Of a stretch of 64,000 nt of DNA, positions 10,532 through 20,462 are shown piece after piece. The notes under the pieces are model-generated. The model was given only the letters and a program-made list of their open reading frames with translations, did no database searches and had not been told where the DNA came from. Source of the DNA: Bacteroidota bacterium (GTDB lineage Bacteria > Bacteroidota > Bacteroidia > UBA8524). The DNA lies in NCBI GenBank assembly GCA_008933805.1, contig WBUH01000002.1, positions 27,443-91,442 of the forward strand, in the 5' to 3' direction. The translations under genes were made by a program, and so were the position numbers. Each line of letters begins with the position of its first letter. The first letter of the stretch is position 1.

Positions 10532-11071
10532 ATGGAAAGTTCAACAGCGTTTAAAAATTGGTATGCGATATATACCACCCCGCGTGCTGAAAAGAAAGTT
10601 GCGGAGAGGTTTGAACAGGCCGGTTTTGAATATTATCTCCCATTAACTAAACAATTAAAAAGGTGGAGTGATCGTAAAAAATGGGTTATAGAACCCCTTT
10701 TTAAATCGTATATATTCGTTAAAATTGACCCGTCAAATTATTTCAACGTTCTTAATATACATGGTGTTGTACGTTTTATAACATTTTCGGGTAAGGCAGT
10801 GCCAATTCCCGAACGTGAGATTGAAACAATAAAAATGCTGTTAGCTGAGTTTTCGGATACCATTGAAGTAGCTGAAAACTTAAAACCCGGAACGCCAATA
10901 GAAATTTTGGCCGGCCCGATGATGGGGATAAAAGGGGAGATGGTAGAATACCGCGGTGAAAAGAGAGCTTCGATAAGGATAGAGTACATTAATCAATCGG
11001 TATTGGTTAATATTCCGTCATCCTTCATCACGCCACTCGCACAAGAAAAACCCCTACCCGTAGAAAGTTGA
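10532..11071 (+). CDS. UpxY-family transcription antiterminator (NusG paralog with KOW domain)
   Basis: 179 aa. WYAIYTTPRAEKKVAERFEQAGFEYYLPL is a NusG N-terminal-like domain and GEMVEY is in a KOW-like region. UpxY-type genes typically lead polysaccharide loci in Bacteroidota. Confidence 0.8.
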   Translation: MESSTAFKNWYAIYTTPRAEKKVAERFEQAGFEYYLPLTKQLKRWSDRKKWVIEPLFKSYIFVKIDPSNYFNVLNIHGVVRFITFSGKAVPIPEREIETIKMLLAEFSDTIEVAENLKPGTPIEILAGPMMGIKGEMVEYRGEKRASIRIEYINQSVLVNIPSSFITPLAQEKPLPVES

Positions 11072-11128
11072 TCGTTGTTTAGATAATAGACTGGAAATTA
11101 CTTGATGATATAAATATAATTTTGTAAC

Positions 11129-13081
11129 ATGAATTGGGATAACGTGCTGAAAAAACCGTCAAAAAGTCATATACCCCGCTGGGTAATATTGCTTATAGAT
11201 TTAAGCATATGTCTTTTTTCGTTTGTTGTAGCCCATTACCTGCGTCATAATTTTATATTGACGTCTGAAAACTATACAGCGTTGTACGCCGCAATTCCGG
11301 TGTTCCTAACTGTTCGTTTTGTCTCATTCTATCTTACCAAAACTTACCACGGTATTGTTCGTTACTCAGGTACTCAGGATATCATCCGTATTTTTGTTAC
11401 TCTTTTAGTGGGCAGCATGGTGCTTGTAGCCACCAACATCGTTGCAAATAGCCTTCCCGCAATCAACCATTTTATAATTCCCCATTCAGTAGTAATTATA
11501 GATTTCTTTATCTCATTGGTATTAATGACTTCTTCGCGTTTTGCCTACAAACATTTGTATAAGCAAATCACAAAAAGCGATGGAGGTGTTAATGGCAACG
11601 GTATCGGTAAATTGAATGTTATTATTTACGGTGCAGGCGATTCAGGACTTATTACTAAACGTACGTTAGAGCAAGAAACCAAAAACCGCCAGCGTGTTAT
11701 TGCCTTTGTGGATGACAACCCCTCAAAAGCAAAAAAACGTATCGACGGGGTGCCTATTTACCATACTGAAACACATCTTGAGAAGTTATTGCGTGATAAT
11801 AAAGTGGACGAGGTGATTATCTCTATCCAAAACATTACCAAGCAACGTAAAAAAGATATTATCGAGGCTTGCCTTGCCCTGAACGTAAAGATTAAAGTAA
11901 TCCCTCCCGTTGAAAAATGGATTAACGGTGAGTTGAGTTTTAGCCAGTTTAAAAAGGTAAACATTGAAGAGTTGCTTGAAAGGGATGAGATACAACTTGA
12001 CCTTGAGAAAATAAGCGAGAACATCAAGGGTAAAACAATAATGATTACCGGTGCTGCCGGTTCTATAGGTAGTGAAATTGTACGCCAATTAATACCCTTT
12101 TACCCTAACAAATTGGTATTGGTTGACCAAGCTGAAACACCTTTGTATGAATTGGAGGGTAGACTTAAGGAACTGTTCAAACATCATGGGTTCAGCAAAA
12201 CGGTTGATATTATTATGGCAGACATCCGCTGCCACGAAAAGATAGAATATATAATAGCCAATTATAAGCCCGATATTATTTACCATGCTGCTGCATACAA
12301 ACATGTGCCGTTGATGGAGAACAACCCCGATGAGGCTATTAATACGAACGTGGGCGGTACCAAAACGCTTGCTGACCTTGCTGTGAAATACGGTATCCGT
12401 AAGTTTGTAATGGTATCTACCGATAAGGCAGTAAACCCTACCAACGTTATGGGGGCCAGCAAACGCATTGCTGAGATTTACGTTCAATCATTGAACAATT
12501 GGGAAGGCAATACCACTACCCGATTTATTACTACCCGTTTTGGCAATGTATTAGGCTCAAACGGCTCGGTAATTCCATTATTCAAGAAACAAATAGCCGA
12601 AGGAGGCCCGATAACCGTTACACACCCTGAAATCACCCGTTATTTTATGACTATTCCTGAAGCTTGCCAACTGGTGATTGAAGCCGGTAATATGGGCAGG
12701 GGAGGAGAGATATTTATTTTTGACATGGGACAGAGCGTGAAGATTGTTGATTTGGCCAAGAAGATGATAAAACTATCAGGGCTTACTTTGGGTAAAGATA
12801 TCAGTATAGAATTTACCGGCTTGCGTCCGGGTGAGAAACTGATGGAAGAGCTGTTGAATGATGCGGAAAACACTTTGCCAACGCATCACCCTAAAATTAC
12901 AATTGCAAAAATTAAACCCTACCACTACGAGGTGATCCAAGAAGAAGTAACTGCGCTTATCGAGTTGCTTAATGTAAGGGACACCGAGCTCATCGTTCGT
13001 AAGATGAAACAGATTGTTCCTGAGTTCATCAGCAACAATTCAGTGTTCACTTCGTTAGACGTTGTGAAACTACCTTCATAA
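11129..13081 (+). CDS. Polysaccharide biosynthesis protein CapD/WbpM/PglF-like (membrane-anchored NDP-sugar 4,6-dehydratase/epimerase)
   Basis: 650 aa. N-terminal 4-TM region, Rossmann motif MITGAAGSIGSEIVRQL, and catalytic YHAAAYKHVP. Directly downstream of the UpxY gene. Confidence 0.85.
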   Translation: MNWDNVLKKPSKSHIPRWVILLIDLSICLFSFVVAHYLRHNFILTSENYTALYAAIPVFLTVRFVSFYLTKTYHGIVRYSGTQDIIRIFVTLLVGSMVLVATNIVANSLPAINHFIIPHSVVIIDFFISLVLMTSSRFAYKHLYKQITKSDGGVNGNGIGKLNVIIYGAGDSGLITKRTLEQETKNRQRVIAFVDDNPSKAKKRIDGVPIYHTETHLEKLLRDNKVDEVIISIQNITKQRKKDIIEACLALNVKIKVIPPVEKWINGELSFSQFKKVNIEELLERDEIQLDLEKISENIKGKTIMITGAAGSIGSEIVRQLIPFYPNKLVLVDQAETPLYELEGRLKELFKHHGFSKTVDIIMADIRCHEKIEYIIANYKPDIIYHAAAYKHVPLMENNPDEAINTNVGGTKTLADLAVKYGIRKFVMVSTDKAVNPTNVMGASKRIAEIYVQSLNNWEGNTTTRFITTRFGNVLGSNGSVIPLFKKQIAEGGPITVTHPEITRYFMTIPEACQLVIEAGNMGRGGEIFIFDMGQSVKIVDLAKKMIKLSGLTLGKDISIEFTGLRPGEKLMEELLNDAENTLPTHHPKITIAKIKPYHYEVIQEEVTALIELLNVRDTELIVRKMKQIVPEFISNNSVFTSLDVVKLPS

Positions 13082-13211
13082 ATCTCCCTGCTCTTATTTG
13101 TCATTTATAACAGTTAAATAATTGTTTGTCAGTTTTTTGTAAACATTATTTAGACGTGTTTTAAATTAAAGAAATGTGTATTTTTTTTAGTCAGTCAATG
13201 TTTTTGCACAC

Positions 13212-13219
13212 TATATTTG
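13212..13219 (+). promoter_or_regulatory. Candidate Bacteroidota -7 promoter element (TAnnTTTG) about 75 nt upstream of actA
   Basis: TATATTTG in a long AT-rich leader with no ORF. No clear -33 TTTG is present at the canonical spacing. Confidence 0.3.
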
Positions 13220-13292
13220 CGCCCAAAACACGGTAAAAGTAGTAGTAATAACCTACGGAGCCGCGAGTTTTTAAAAAACTTAAAGAGAGTAT

Positions 13293-14561
13293 ATGGTGCA
13301 TACTTCAACGCTTAAACGCCTTCTAATATTACCCTTAGCCTTAGGCATTTTCGCTACTACCCCTATTTTGGCACAAGATGTTGCCGAAGGCGAAAAATTA
13401 TTTAACGAGAACTGTACTTCATGCCACGTGATTGACGGGGCTAAAAGTGTGGGACCAAACCTTCGCGACGTTACTAAACGTCGTAAAGAAGATTGGTTGT
13501 TAAAGTGGATTAAAAACTCACCCGCAATGATTGCCTCTGGCGACCCCGTTGCTGTGAAATTGTACGAAGAGAACAACAAAGCAAACATGACTGAGTTTGG
13601 TTTCCTTAGCGATAACCAAATCAAATCAATCCTTAAGTATGTTGAGTCTGCTCCTGTAGCTACTGCCGCAGCAGCTCCTGCTGAAGGCGGTGCTTCAACA
13701 TCAACTGAAGCTACTTCAACAGTATCTTCTAAAAAGGATGAAGGTTTTTATAGTTCAACCACTATGATAATCTTATTAGTACTAGCCTTTGTACTACTTG
13801 TGATGGGCTTACTATTATCAAGGGTACAGGCTATGATGAAAAAGATGCTTGCTGCCAAATTCCCCGAAGAGGAAGAGTTGAACCAACCTTCGTGGTATGA
13901 AAGCAAGTTTACCCCTTGGGTTAAAAACTTAAACCCTACCATTACTGTACTTGTATTAGTACTTATTGTAGGTGTTATAGGCGGTGGTGCGTACTTTAAA
14001 TATGCAAACGAAGAGATAGGTGTACAACAAGGTTATGCTCCTGTTCAGCCTATTGCATTTGACCACAGCTTGCACGCCGGCGAATACAAAATGGATTGCC
14101 AGTTCTGTCACTCTACTGCTTCAATCAGTAAGCAGGCAAGTGTACCTTCAGTAAACACTTGTATGAACTGTCACAAGAGTGTTGACGCTTCTGCCAAATA
14201 CAACGGTGAAGTTTCTCCTGAAATTCAAAAAATACGCGACGCGTATAAAAACAATACCCCAATTAAATGGGTGCGTATACACAACCTACCCGACCACGCA
14301 TACTTTAACCACGCACAACACGTAAGCGTGGGCAAACTTGAGTGCCAAACTTGCCACGGACCAATTGAAACCATGAAGAAAGTTGAGCAGTTTGCCAGCC
14401 TACAAATGGGATGGTGCGTAAACTGTCACCGTGAAGCTAAAATTGACGTTGAAAACAACGACTACTACGAAAAACTTCACAAAGACCTTAAAGGCATGGG
14501 CCGTAAAGGTTTGACAGTAGCCATGAACGGTGGTTTGGAATGTGGTAAATGCCACTATTAA
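13293..14561 (+). CDS. actA: Alternative complex III subunit ActA (multihaem c-type cytochrome)
   Basis: Six CxxCH motifs: CTSCH in an N-terminal class-I-like domain, then one TM helix, then CQFCH, CMNCH, CQTCH, CVNCH and CGKCH. First gene of the act cluster. Confidence 0.85.
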   Translation: MVHTSTLKRLLILPLALGIFATTPILAQDVAEGEKLFNENCTSCHVIDGAKSVGPNLRDVTKRRKEDWLLKWIKNSPAMIASGDPVAVKLYEENNKANMTEFGFLSDNQIKSILKYVESAPVATAAAAPAEGGASTSTEATSTVSSKKDEGFYSSTTMIILLVLAFVLLVMGLLLSRVQAMMKKMLAAKFPEEEELNQPSWYESKFTPWVKNLNPTITVLVLVLIVGVIGGGAYFKYANEEIGVQQGYAPVQPIAFDHSLHAGEYKMDCQFCHSTASISKQASVPSVNTCMNCHKSVDASAKYNGEVSPEIQKIRDAYKNNTPIKWVRIHNLPDHAYFNHAQHVSVGKLECQTCHGPIETMKKVEQFASLQMGWCVNCHREAKIDVENNDYYEKLHKDLKGMGRKGLTVAMNGGLECGKCHY

Positions 14562-14635
14562 TAGTTAAGTAACAAAGATTACCAACCTCACACATTAAAT
14601 TCTGAGAAATAAACCTTCATCATAATAAACGTTAG

Positions 14636-17600
14636 ATGGAAAATAAAACTAAATACTGGAAAGGTTTAGAGGAACTGAACAGGGAACCCGGTTTTGTTCA
14701 AGCAAACAAAAACGAGTTTGCCGAAGGCCTTCCGCTTGACGAAGTGTTTAGCGAAAGCACAATGAGCCTTTCGTCGAACCGCAGGGATTTCCTTAAATAC
14801 TTCGGGTTTAGTGTTTCAGCCGTTGCCTTGGCAGCCTGTAACACAGCCCCTGTTAAAAATGTTATACCCTATGTTACAAAGCCTGAAGAGGTGAACCCAG
14901 GTATACCCAACTGGTATGCTACTGCCTACGAAGGTCAGCCTATATTGGTAAAAACCCGTGAAGGTCGCCCTATTAAAATAGAAGGCAACAACAAAGGTTT
15001 TACCGGTGGTGGTGTTGATGCCGCAGGGCACGCATCGCTGTTGAGCTTGTACGATTCAGAAAGGCTTGATGCCCCGATGAAAGACGGCAAAGCAAGCGAC
15101 TGGAAAACTGTAGATAAAGAAATTACTGATAAACTTACCAAAATTGCTGCTGCAGGTGGTGCAATCCGTATCGTAACAGGTTCGGTAAACAGCCCCTCAA
15201 TGCTAAGCGCTATTGCTGAGTTTACTGCTAAGTATCCAACTACACAACACGTTCAATACGATGCAGTATCGTATTCAGGCATTCTTAATGCCAACAAAAT
15301 GTGTTTTGGAAAAGCAGTAATCCCATCATACAAGTTTGATAAGGCTAAAGTGATTGTGAGCTTTGAAGCTGACTTTTTGGGTACTTGGATTTCTCCAACC
15401 GAATTTACTTACCAATGGTCTAGAAACCGTAGGTTGTTAAACGGTGAAAAAGAAATTTCACGTCACTACCAATTTGAAGCTACTCTTTCTCTTACCGGTT
15501 CTAATGCTGATGTGCGTATGCCCATCAAGCCATCAAAACAAGGCGAATACGTAGTGGCATTGTACAATGCTGTTGCTAAACTAGCCGGTGTTGATGCTAT
15601 AGCAAGCGGTGCTAAAGAATTGGGTGGTAACTCAATAGGCAATGCTGCTGCCGACCTTTGGAAAAACAAAGGAAATTGTGTGGTAGTAAGCGGTAGCAAC
15701 GATCATTACACACAGTGTGTTGTAAACGGTATCAACTTGATGCTTGGCAACTACGGTACTACTATTGATTTGGATAACTACTCAAAACAATACAGTGCTA
15801 CCGATGATACGTTTGAGAAGTTTGTAGATGAGTTGAACAACGGCACTGTTAAGGCTGTTATCATGCACGGTATCAACCCTGCATATACTTACTACAATGC
15901 TAAGAAGTTTGAAGCAGGTATTAAAAAGGCTGAATTGTCTGTTAGCGCAGCATACAGCATTGATGAAACTGCTAAACTTTGCCAATACCTTACCCCTGAT
16001 AACCACTACTTAGAGAGCTGGGGTGATAACGAAACCAAAGCAGGGTATTTTGCATTTACGCAACCTACCATGCAACGCGTGTTTGAAACCCGCCAAGTGC
16101 TTGAAAGCATCTTAGTATGGGCAGGTAACAACACTGCGGCTTACGATTACATTAAAAATAACTGGCAAACCAAAATGTTTGGTTTGCAAAGCAAATACAC
16201 TTCGTTTTCACAAATGTGGAACGAAAGCATCCAGAATGGTGTGTTTGAAATGACTGCTATAGCTACTACTGCGGTTACTTCAGCTGCCAATATGGGCGAA
16301 ATGGCGAGCAAAATTGCCAAAGGTGCTGCTGACGCTGAGTTAGAGTTTGTTGCTTACGAAAGCAGCGCACTACGCGACGGTCGTGATGCTAACAACCCTT
16401 GGTTGCAAGAATTGCCAGATCCTATCAGCAAAGTAACTTGGGATAACTTTGCCAGCCTTTCTAAATACAATGCTGACCTTATTAAGGTTAAAGAAGGCGA
16501 TACAGTTAACGTTACTGTAGGTAGCGTTAAGTTTGAAAACGTTCCTGTAATTATCCAACCCGGTCAAGCACGTAACACTGTTGCTATCGCATTAGGTTAC
16601 GGACGCAAAGAGGGTGGTAAAGTTGCAAAAGAAGCAGGTGGTGTGGATGTATTCCCGGCACGCAGCTACAAAAATGATGCGATAACCAACGTAACATCAG
16701 CCGGTGTTAAATTGGAAAAAGGCAGCGCTCGCTATGAGTTGGCTCGCACCCAAACCCACCACTCTATTGAGGGCAGGGATTTAGTGAAAGAAACCAGCTT
16801 GCCTGCATACCAACGTGACCCACGTTCAGGTAATCACGATCACCACGGGCTTATCCGCGACCCTAAAAACAACGGTCAGTACTACACCCTTTGGGAAGAA
16901 CACGATAACAAAGGCCACAAATGGGGTATGGCAATCGACTTGAATGCTTGTACCGGTTGCGGTGCTTGTATCGTAAGTTGTAATGCTGAGAACAACGTTC
17001 CTGTTGTAGGTCGTGATGAAGTACGTCGTCGTCGTGAAATGCACTGGATACGTATCGACCGTTACTACCGTTTCTCTCCAACTACTCCAAACCCTGAAGA
17101 TAAACAACTGGGTGCCGGTTTCACTAAAGCCGGTGATTTGGGTATCGGTGAAACAGATGGTTACTTAGATCACCCTGAAATGTATGACAACGTGAGCGTA
17201 TCACACGTTCCTATGATGTGTCAACATTGCGGTCACGCTCCTTGCGAAACTGTGTGTCCTGTACTTGCTACAACTCACAGCAACGAAGGTTTGAACCAAA
17301 TGACTTACAACCGTTGTATCGGTACTAAGTATTGTGCAAACAACTGCCCATACAAAGTGCGCCGTTTCAACTGGTTCCGTTATAACGACAATAACAAGTT
17401 TGATTATTACATGAATAACGACTTGGGTAAAATGGTTATCAACCCCGATGTTACCGTTCGTACCCGAGGTGTTATGGAGAAATGCTCATTCTGTATTCAA
17501 CGTATCCAATACGGTAAACTTCAAGCTAAGTTGCAAAACCGCAAACTAAAAGACGGTGATGTGAAAGTAGCTTGTCAACAATCTTGCGCATCAGGTGCTA

Positions 17601-17797
17601 TTGTTTTTGGTGATTTGAAAGATCCTGAAAGCGAAATCTCACGCTTGTACCGCAACGAACGTGCTTACCACATGTTGGATGAATTGAACGTTCAGCCTGC
17701 GGTTGTGTATATGACACAAGTTCGCAACACCGAAGAAATAGGTGCTGCACACGCAACCAAAACTGAAAAGAAAGCTGAGCACGAACACGCTCATTAA
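14636..17797 (+). CDS. actB: ACIII subunit ActB (molybdopterin-oxidoreductase-like domain fused to a 4Fe-4S ferredoxin domain), Tat-secreted
   Basis: 1053 aa. Twin-arginine signal SNRRDFLKYFG. Fe-S cysteine clusters: CTGCGACIVSCNAEN, CQHCGHAPCETVCP, CIGTKYCANNCP, CSFCIQR. Characteristic position after actA. Confidence 0.9.
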   Translation: MENKTKYWKGLEELNREPGFVQANKNEFAEGLPLDEVFSESTMSLSSNRRDFLKYFGFSVSAVALAACNTAPVKNVIPYVTKPEEVNPGIPNWYATAYEGQPILVKTREGRPIKIEGNNKGFTGGGVDAAGHASLLSLYDSERLDAPMKDGKASDWKTVDKEITDKLTKIAAAGGAIRIVTGSVNSPSMLSAIAEFTAKYPTTQHVQYDAVSYSGILNANKMCFGKAVIPSYKFDKAKVIVSFEADFLGTWISPTEFTYQWSRNRRLLNGEKEISRHYQFEATLSLTGSNADVRMPIKPSKQGEYVVALYNAVAKLAGVDAIASGAKELGGNSIGNAAADLWKNKGNCVVVSGSNDHYTQCVVNGINLMLGNYGTTIDLDNYSKQYSATDDTFEKFVDELNNGTVKAVIMHGINPAYTYYNAKKFEAGIKKAELSVSAAYSIDETAKLCQYLTPDNHYLESWGDNETKAGYFAFTQPTMQRVFETRQVLESILVWAGNNTAAYDYIKNNWQTKMFGLQSKYTSFSQMWNESIQNGVFEMTAIATTAVTSAANMGEMASKIAKGAADAELEFVAYESSALRDGRDANNPWLQELPDPISKVTWDNFASLSKYNADLIKVKEGDTVNVTVGSVKFENVPVIIQPGQARNTVAIALGYGRKEGGKVAKEAGGVDVFPARSYKNDAITNVTSAGVKLEKGSARYELARTQTHHSIEGRDLVKETSLPAYQRDPRSGNHDHHGLIRDPKNNGQYYTLWEEHDNKGHKWGMAIDLNACTGCGACIVSCNAENNVPVVGRDEVRRRREMHWIRIDRYYRFSPTTPNPEDKQLGAGFTKAGDLGIGETDGYLDHPEMYDNVSVSHVPMMCQHCGHAPCETVCPVLATTHSNEGLNQMTYNRCIGTKYCANNCPYKVRRFNWFRYNDNNKFDYYMNNDLGKMVINPDVTVRTRGVMEKCSFCIQRIQYGKLQAKLQNRKLKDGDVKVACQQSCASGAIVFGDLKDPESEISRLYRNERAYHMLDELNVQPAVVYMTQVRNTEEIGAAHATKTEKKAEHEHAH

Positions 17798-17842
17798 TAA
17801 TTAATTAAAAAGAAAGTTACACTTAACAAGAATATATAAGCC

Positions 17843-19258
17843 ATGTACGAATCTCCCATAAGAGAACCGCTTGTAACAGGAGGAAAAACGGTAGCTGATG
17901 TAACCCGCGACATTTGCCGCCCAATGGAAAACAAGCCCACCAAAGCCTGGTGGATAGGTTTCATCATTTCGGTATTTTGTTTAGGGCTACTGCTATGGAA
18001 TTTGTGGACATCATCAACACAAGGTTTAGGCTTGTGGGGTATCAACAAAACTGTAGGCTGGGCTTGGGATATCACCAACTTCGTGTTTTGGGTGGGTATC
18101 GGTCACGCCGGAACCCTGATTTCAGCAATCCTTTTGCTGTTCCGCCAAAAATGGAGGATGTCTATCAACCGTTCAGCTGAAGCGATGACAATTTTCGCGG
18201 TAATGTGTGCCGCCATATTCCCTTTGTTTCACATGGGTAGGGTATGGATTGGACCTTACTGGGCGCTACCAATGCCTAACGCATTTGGTTCGTTGTGGGT
18301 AAACTTTAACTCACCATTGCTTTGGGACGTATTTGCGATATCAACTTACTTCTCAGTATCACTATTGTTTTGGTACTTGGGTTTGATTCCTGATATTGCT
18401 TCAGTACGTGACCGTGCTACAACCAAAGTTCGTAAATTTATGTACCACTTCTTTGCTATGGGCTGGGATGGTTCAGTACGTACTTGGGCACGTTACGAAG
18501 TTGTATCGTTGATTTTGGCAGGTATTTCAACTCCTCTGGTACTTTCGGTGCACACCATCGTATCTATGGACTTTGCTACCTCAATAGTTCCCGGATGGCA
18601 CACTACCATCTTCCCGCCATATTTCGTTGCGGGTGCTATCTTCTCAGGTTTCGGTATGGTGTTAACGCTGTTGGTTATTGCCCGTAAGGTAATGAACTAC
18701 GAAAACTACATCACATCGGGTCACTTAGAAGCAATGTGTAAAATCGTAATGCTTACCGGTTCTATGGTAGGTTTGGCATACATTACTGAGTTCTTTATCG
18801 CTTGGTACTCTGGTGTAAACTATGAGCAGTATGCGTTCCTTAACCGTATGAGCGGTGAGTACTGGTGGGCTTACTGGAGTATGATGACATGTAACCTTAT
18901 TGCCCCTCAGGTATTTTGGATTAAATGGGCACGTACTACACCTTGGTTCATTTTTGTAATGTCAATCATTGTAAACATCGGTATGTGGTTTGAGCGTTTT
19001 GTAATTATCGTAACCTCACTACACCGTGATTACCTTCCTTCAAGCTGGGTTATGTATTATCCAACCCCAACTGAGGTAGGTATATTTGTGGGTTCATTCG
19101 GTTTGTTCTTTACCTTCTTCTTCTTGTTCTGCAGGTTCCTACCTGTAATCAACATGGCTGAGGTAAAATCAATCCTTCCTCACAAACACCATGATGACGA
19201 GCATGGTCATGATGACCACGGTCATAGTCACGACCACAATCATAACGATAACCACTAA
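17843..19258 (+). CDS. actC: ACIII subunit ActC (NrfD/PsrC-like quinol-interacting integral membrane subunit)
   Basis: 471 aa, polytopic with NrfD-like topology. His-rich C-terminal tail [25 protein letters not shown]. Confidence 0.88.
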   Translation: MYESPIREPLVTGGKTVADVTRDICRPMENKPTKAWWIGFIISVFCLGLLLWNLWTSSTQGLGLWGINKTVGWAWDITNFVFWVGIGHAGTLISAILLLFRQKWRMSINRSAEAMTIFAVMCAAIFPLFHMGRVWIGPYWALPMPNAFGSLWVNFNSPLLWDVFAISTYFSVSLLFWYLGLIPDIASVRDRATTKVRKFMYHFFAMGWDGSVRTWARYEVVSLILAGISTPLVLSVHTIVSMDFATSIVPGWHTTIFPPYFVAGAIFSGFGMVLTLLVIARKVMNYENYITSGHLEAMCKIVMLTGSMVGLAYITEFFIAWYSGVNYEQYAFLNRMSGEYWWAYWSMMTCNLIAPQVFWIKWARTTPWFIFVMSIIVNIGMWFERFVIIVTSLHRDYLPSSWVMYYPTPTEVGIFVGSFGLFFTFFFLFCRFLPVINMAEVKSILPHKHHDDEHGHDDHGHSHDHNHNDNH

Positions 19259-19279
19259 TAACGAAATTTTTAGTAAGCG

Positions 19280-19816
19280 ATGAGCAATAAAACCAATAAT
19301 ATGCTTTACGGTATCTATGATGATGCCGACCAATTCCTGAAATCAGCTTACAAGATGAAGGATATGGGTGTGCCTGTTGAGGATTGCTATACCCCACACC
19401 CCGTGCACGGTATAGAAAAGGCAGTGGGCATTAAGCGTACCCGTCTTACAATTGCTGCATTTTTGTGCGGCCTTACCGGAACCATATCAGCTGTAACGCT
19501 TGAAATGTACACCAACATTTTTGATTGGCCAATGAATATAGGTGGTAAACCCAACGGTGGTTATGTACCTGCCTTTATTCCTGTAACGTTTGAGCTTACC
19601 GTGTTGTTTACTGCTTTTGGTATGATGATATTGTTTTTTTACCGTAACAGGATGGTACACGGTCAACGTGAGAAATTGGTTGACCTACGTCAGACAGACG
19701 ATTTATATATCATAGCCATTAACATGGATGAACAACACCACAGCCGTGAAGAAATTGCCGGTGTGATGATGCAAAATGGTGCTATTGAAACAAGGGAGAA
19801 AGGAGTAAGCAAATGA
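19280..19816 (+). CDS. actD: ACIII subunit ActD (DUF3341-type membrane subunit)
   Basis: 178 aa. Position and size are conserved in act operons. Sequence MSNKTNNMLYGIYDDADQFLKSAYKMKDMGV, with two TM segments. Confidence 0.8.
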   Translation: MSNKTNNMLYGIYDDADQFLKSAYKMKDMGVPVEDCYTPHPVHGIEKAVGIKRTRLTIAAFLCGLTGTISAVTLEMYTNIFDWPMNIGGKPNGGYVPAFIPVTFELTVLFTAFGMMILFFYRNRMVHGQREKLVDLRQTDDLYIIAINMDEQHHSREEIAGVMMQNGAIETREKGVSK

Positions 19817-20457
19817 CAAAGAATATATTGAAGCTTATACTACCCGCTATGGCTGCAGCAGTTATGTTGCAAAGCTGCGGTGTAGCAGGCGGTGATGATC
19901 CCGGTGTTGAATATGCACCTGATATGTATGTATCAAAAGGATATGAGCCTATGACCCAGTTAGAAAGCAAACAGTTCCAATTGGTAACTGTGAGCGGAAA
20001 AACGGTGATGCTTACCAAAGATGGTAAAACCATGCGTGACCCTGTAAAAGGTTCTATCCCTCGTGATTTAGATTTTGAAGCAGGCCATGTATTAATAAAC
20101 AACTTTTTGTGGATGCAATATCCTTATGCCAATTCTATCGGCGGTAAAGATTCAGCTTCAAAAATGTTGCAAAACCCTATTCAGTTAACTGAAAAATCTC
20201 TTGCAAACGGTAAGAGGCTTTACAACATTAACTGTGCTCCTTGCCACGGTGTTGACGGTTTGGGTAAAGGCCCTGTAGCTGCAAAAGTTGCAGGTATTCC
20301 TTCATACAAATCAGCAAGGATACTTAACCTTACTGATGGTGGTGCATACCACACCATTACTTATGGTTTGAACAATATGGGTTCATACGCATCAGTACTT
20401 ACCCCCCAACAACGTTGGGAAGTTATCCATTACATTAATTACCTAAAAACTAACTAA
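19813..20457 (+). CDS. actE: ACIII subunit ActE (monohaem cytochrome c, lipoprotein)
   Basis: 214 aa. Lipobox LQSCG. Single CAPCHG haem site. Overlaps the actD stop by 4 nt. Confidence 0.8.
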   Translation: MTKNILKLILPAMAAAVMLQSCGVAGGDDPGVEYAPDMYVSKGYEPMTQLESKQFQLVTVSGKTVMLTKDGKTMRDPVKGSIPRDLDFEAGHVLINNFLWMQYPYANSIGGKDSASKMLQNPIQLTEKSLANGKRLYNINCAPCHGVDGLGKGPVAAKVAGIPSYKSARILNLTDGGAYHTITYGLNNMGSYASVLTPQQRWEVIHYINYLKTN

Positions 20458-20462
20458 CCGCA

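Noticed and set aside
14816-17107. Numerous 60-90-aa internal ORFs inside actB and other long genes (for example 16826-17107 -, 16863-17081 -).
   Set aside because: They are embedded antisense or out-of-frame within strongly supported long CDSs, with no independent evidence.
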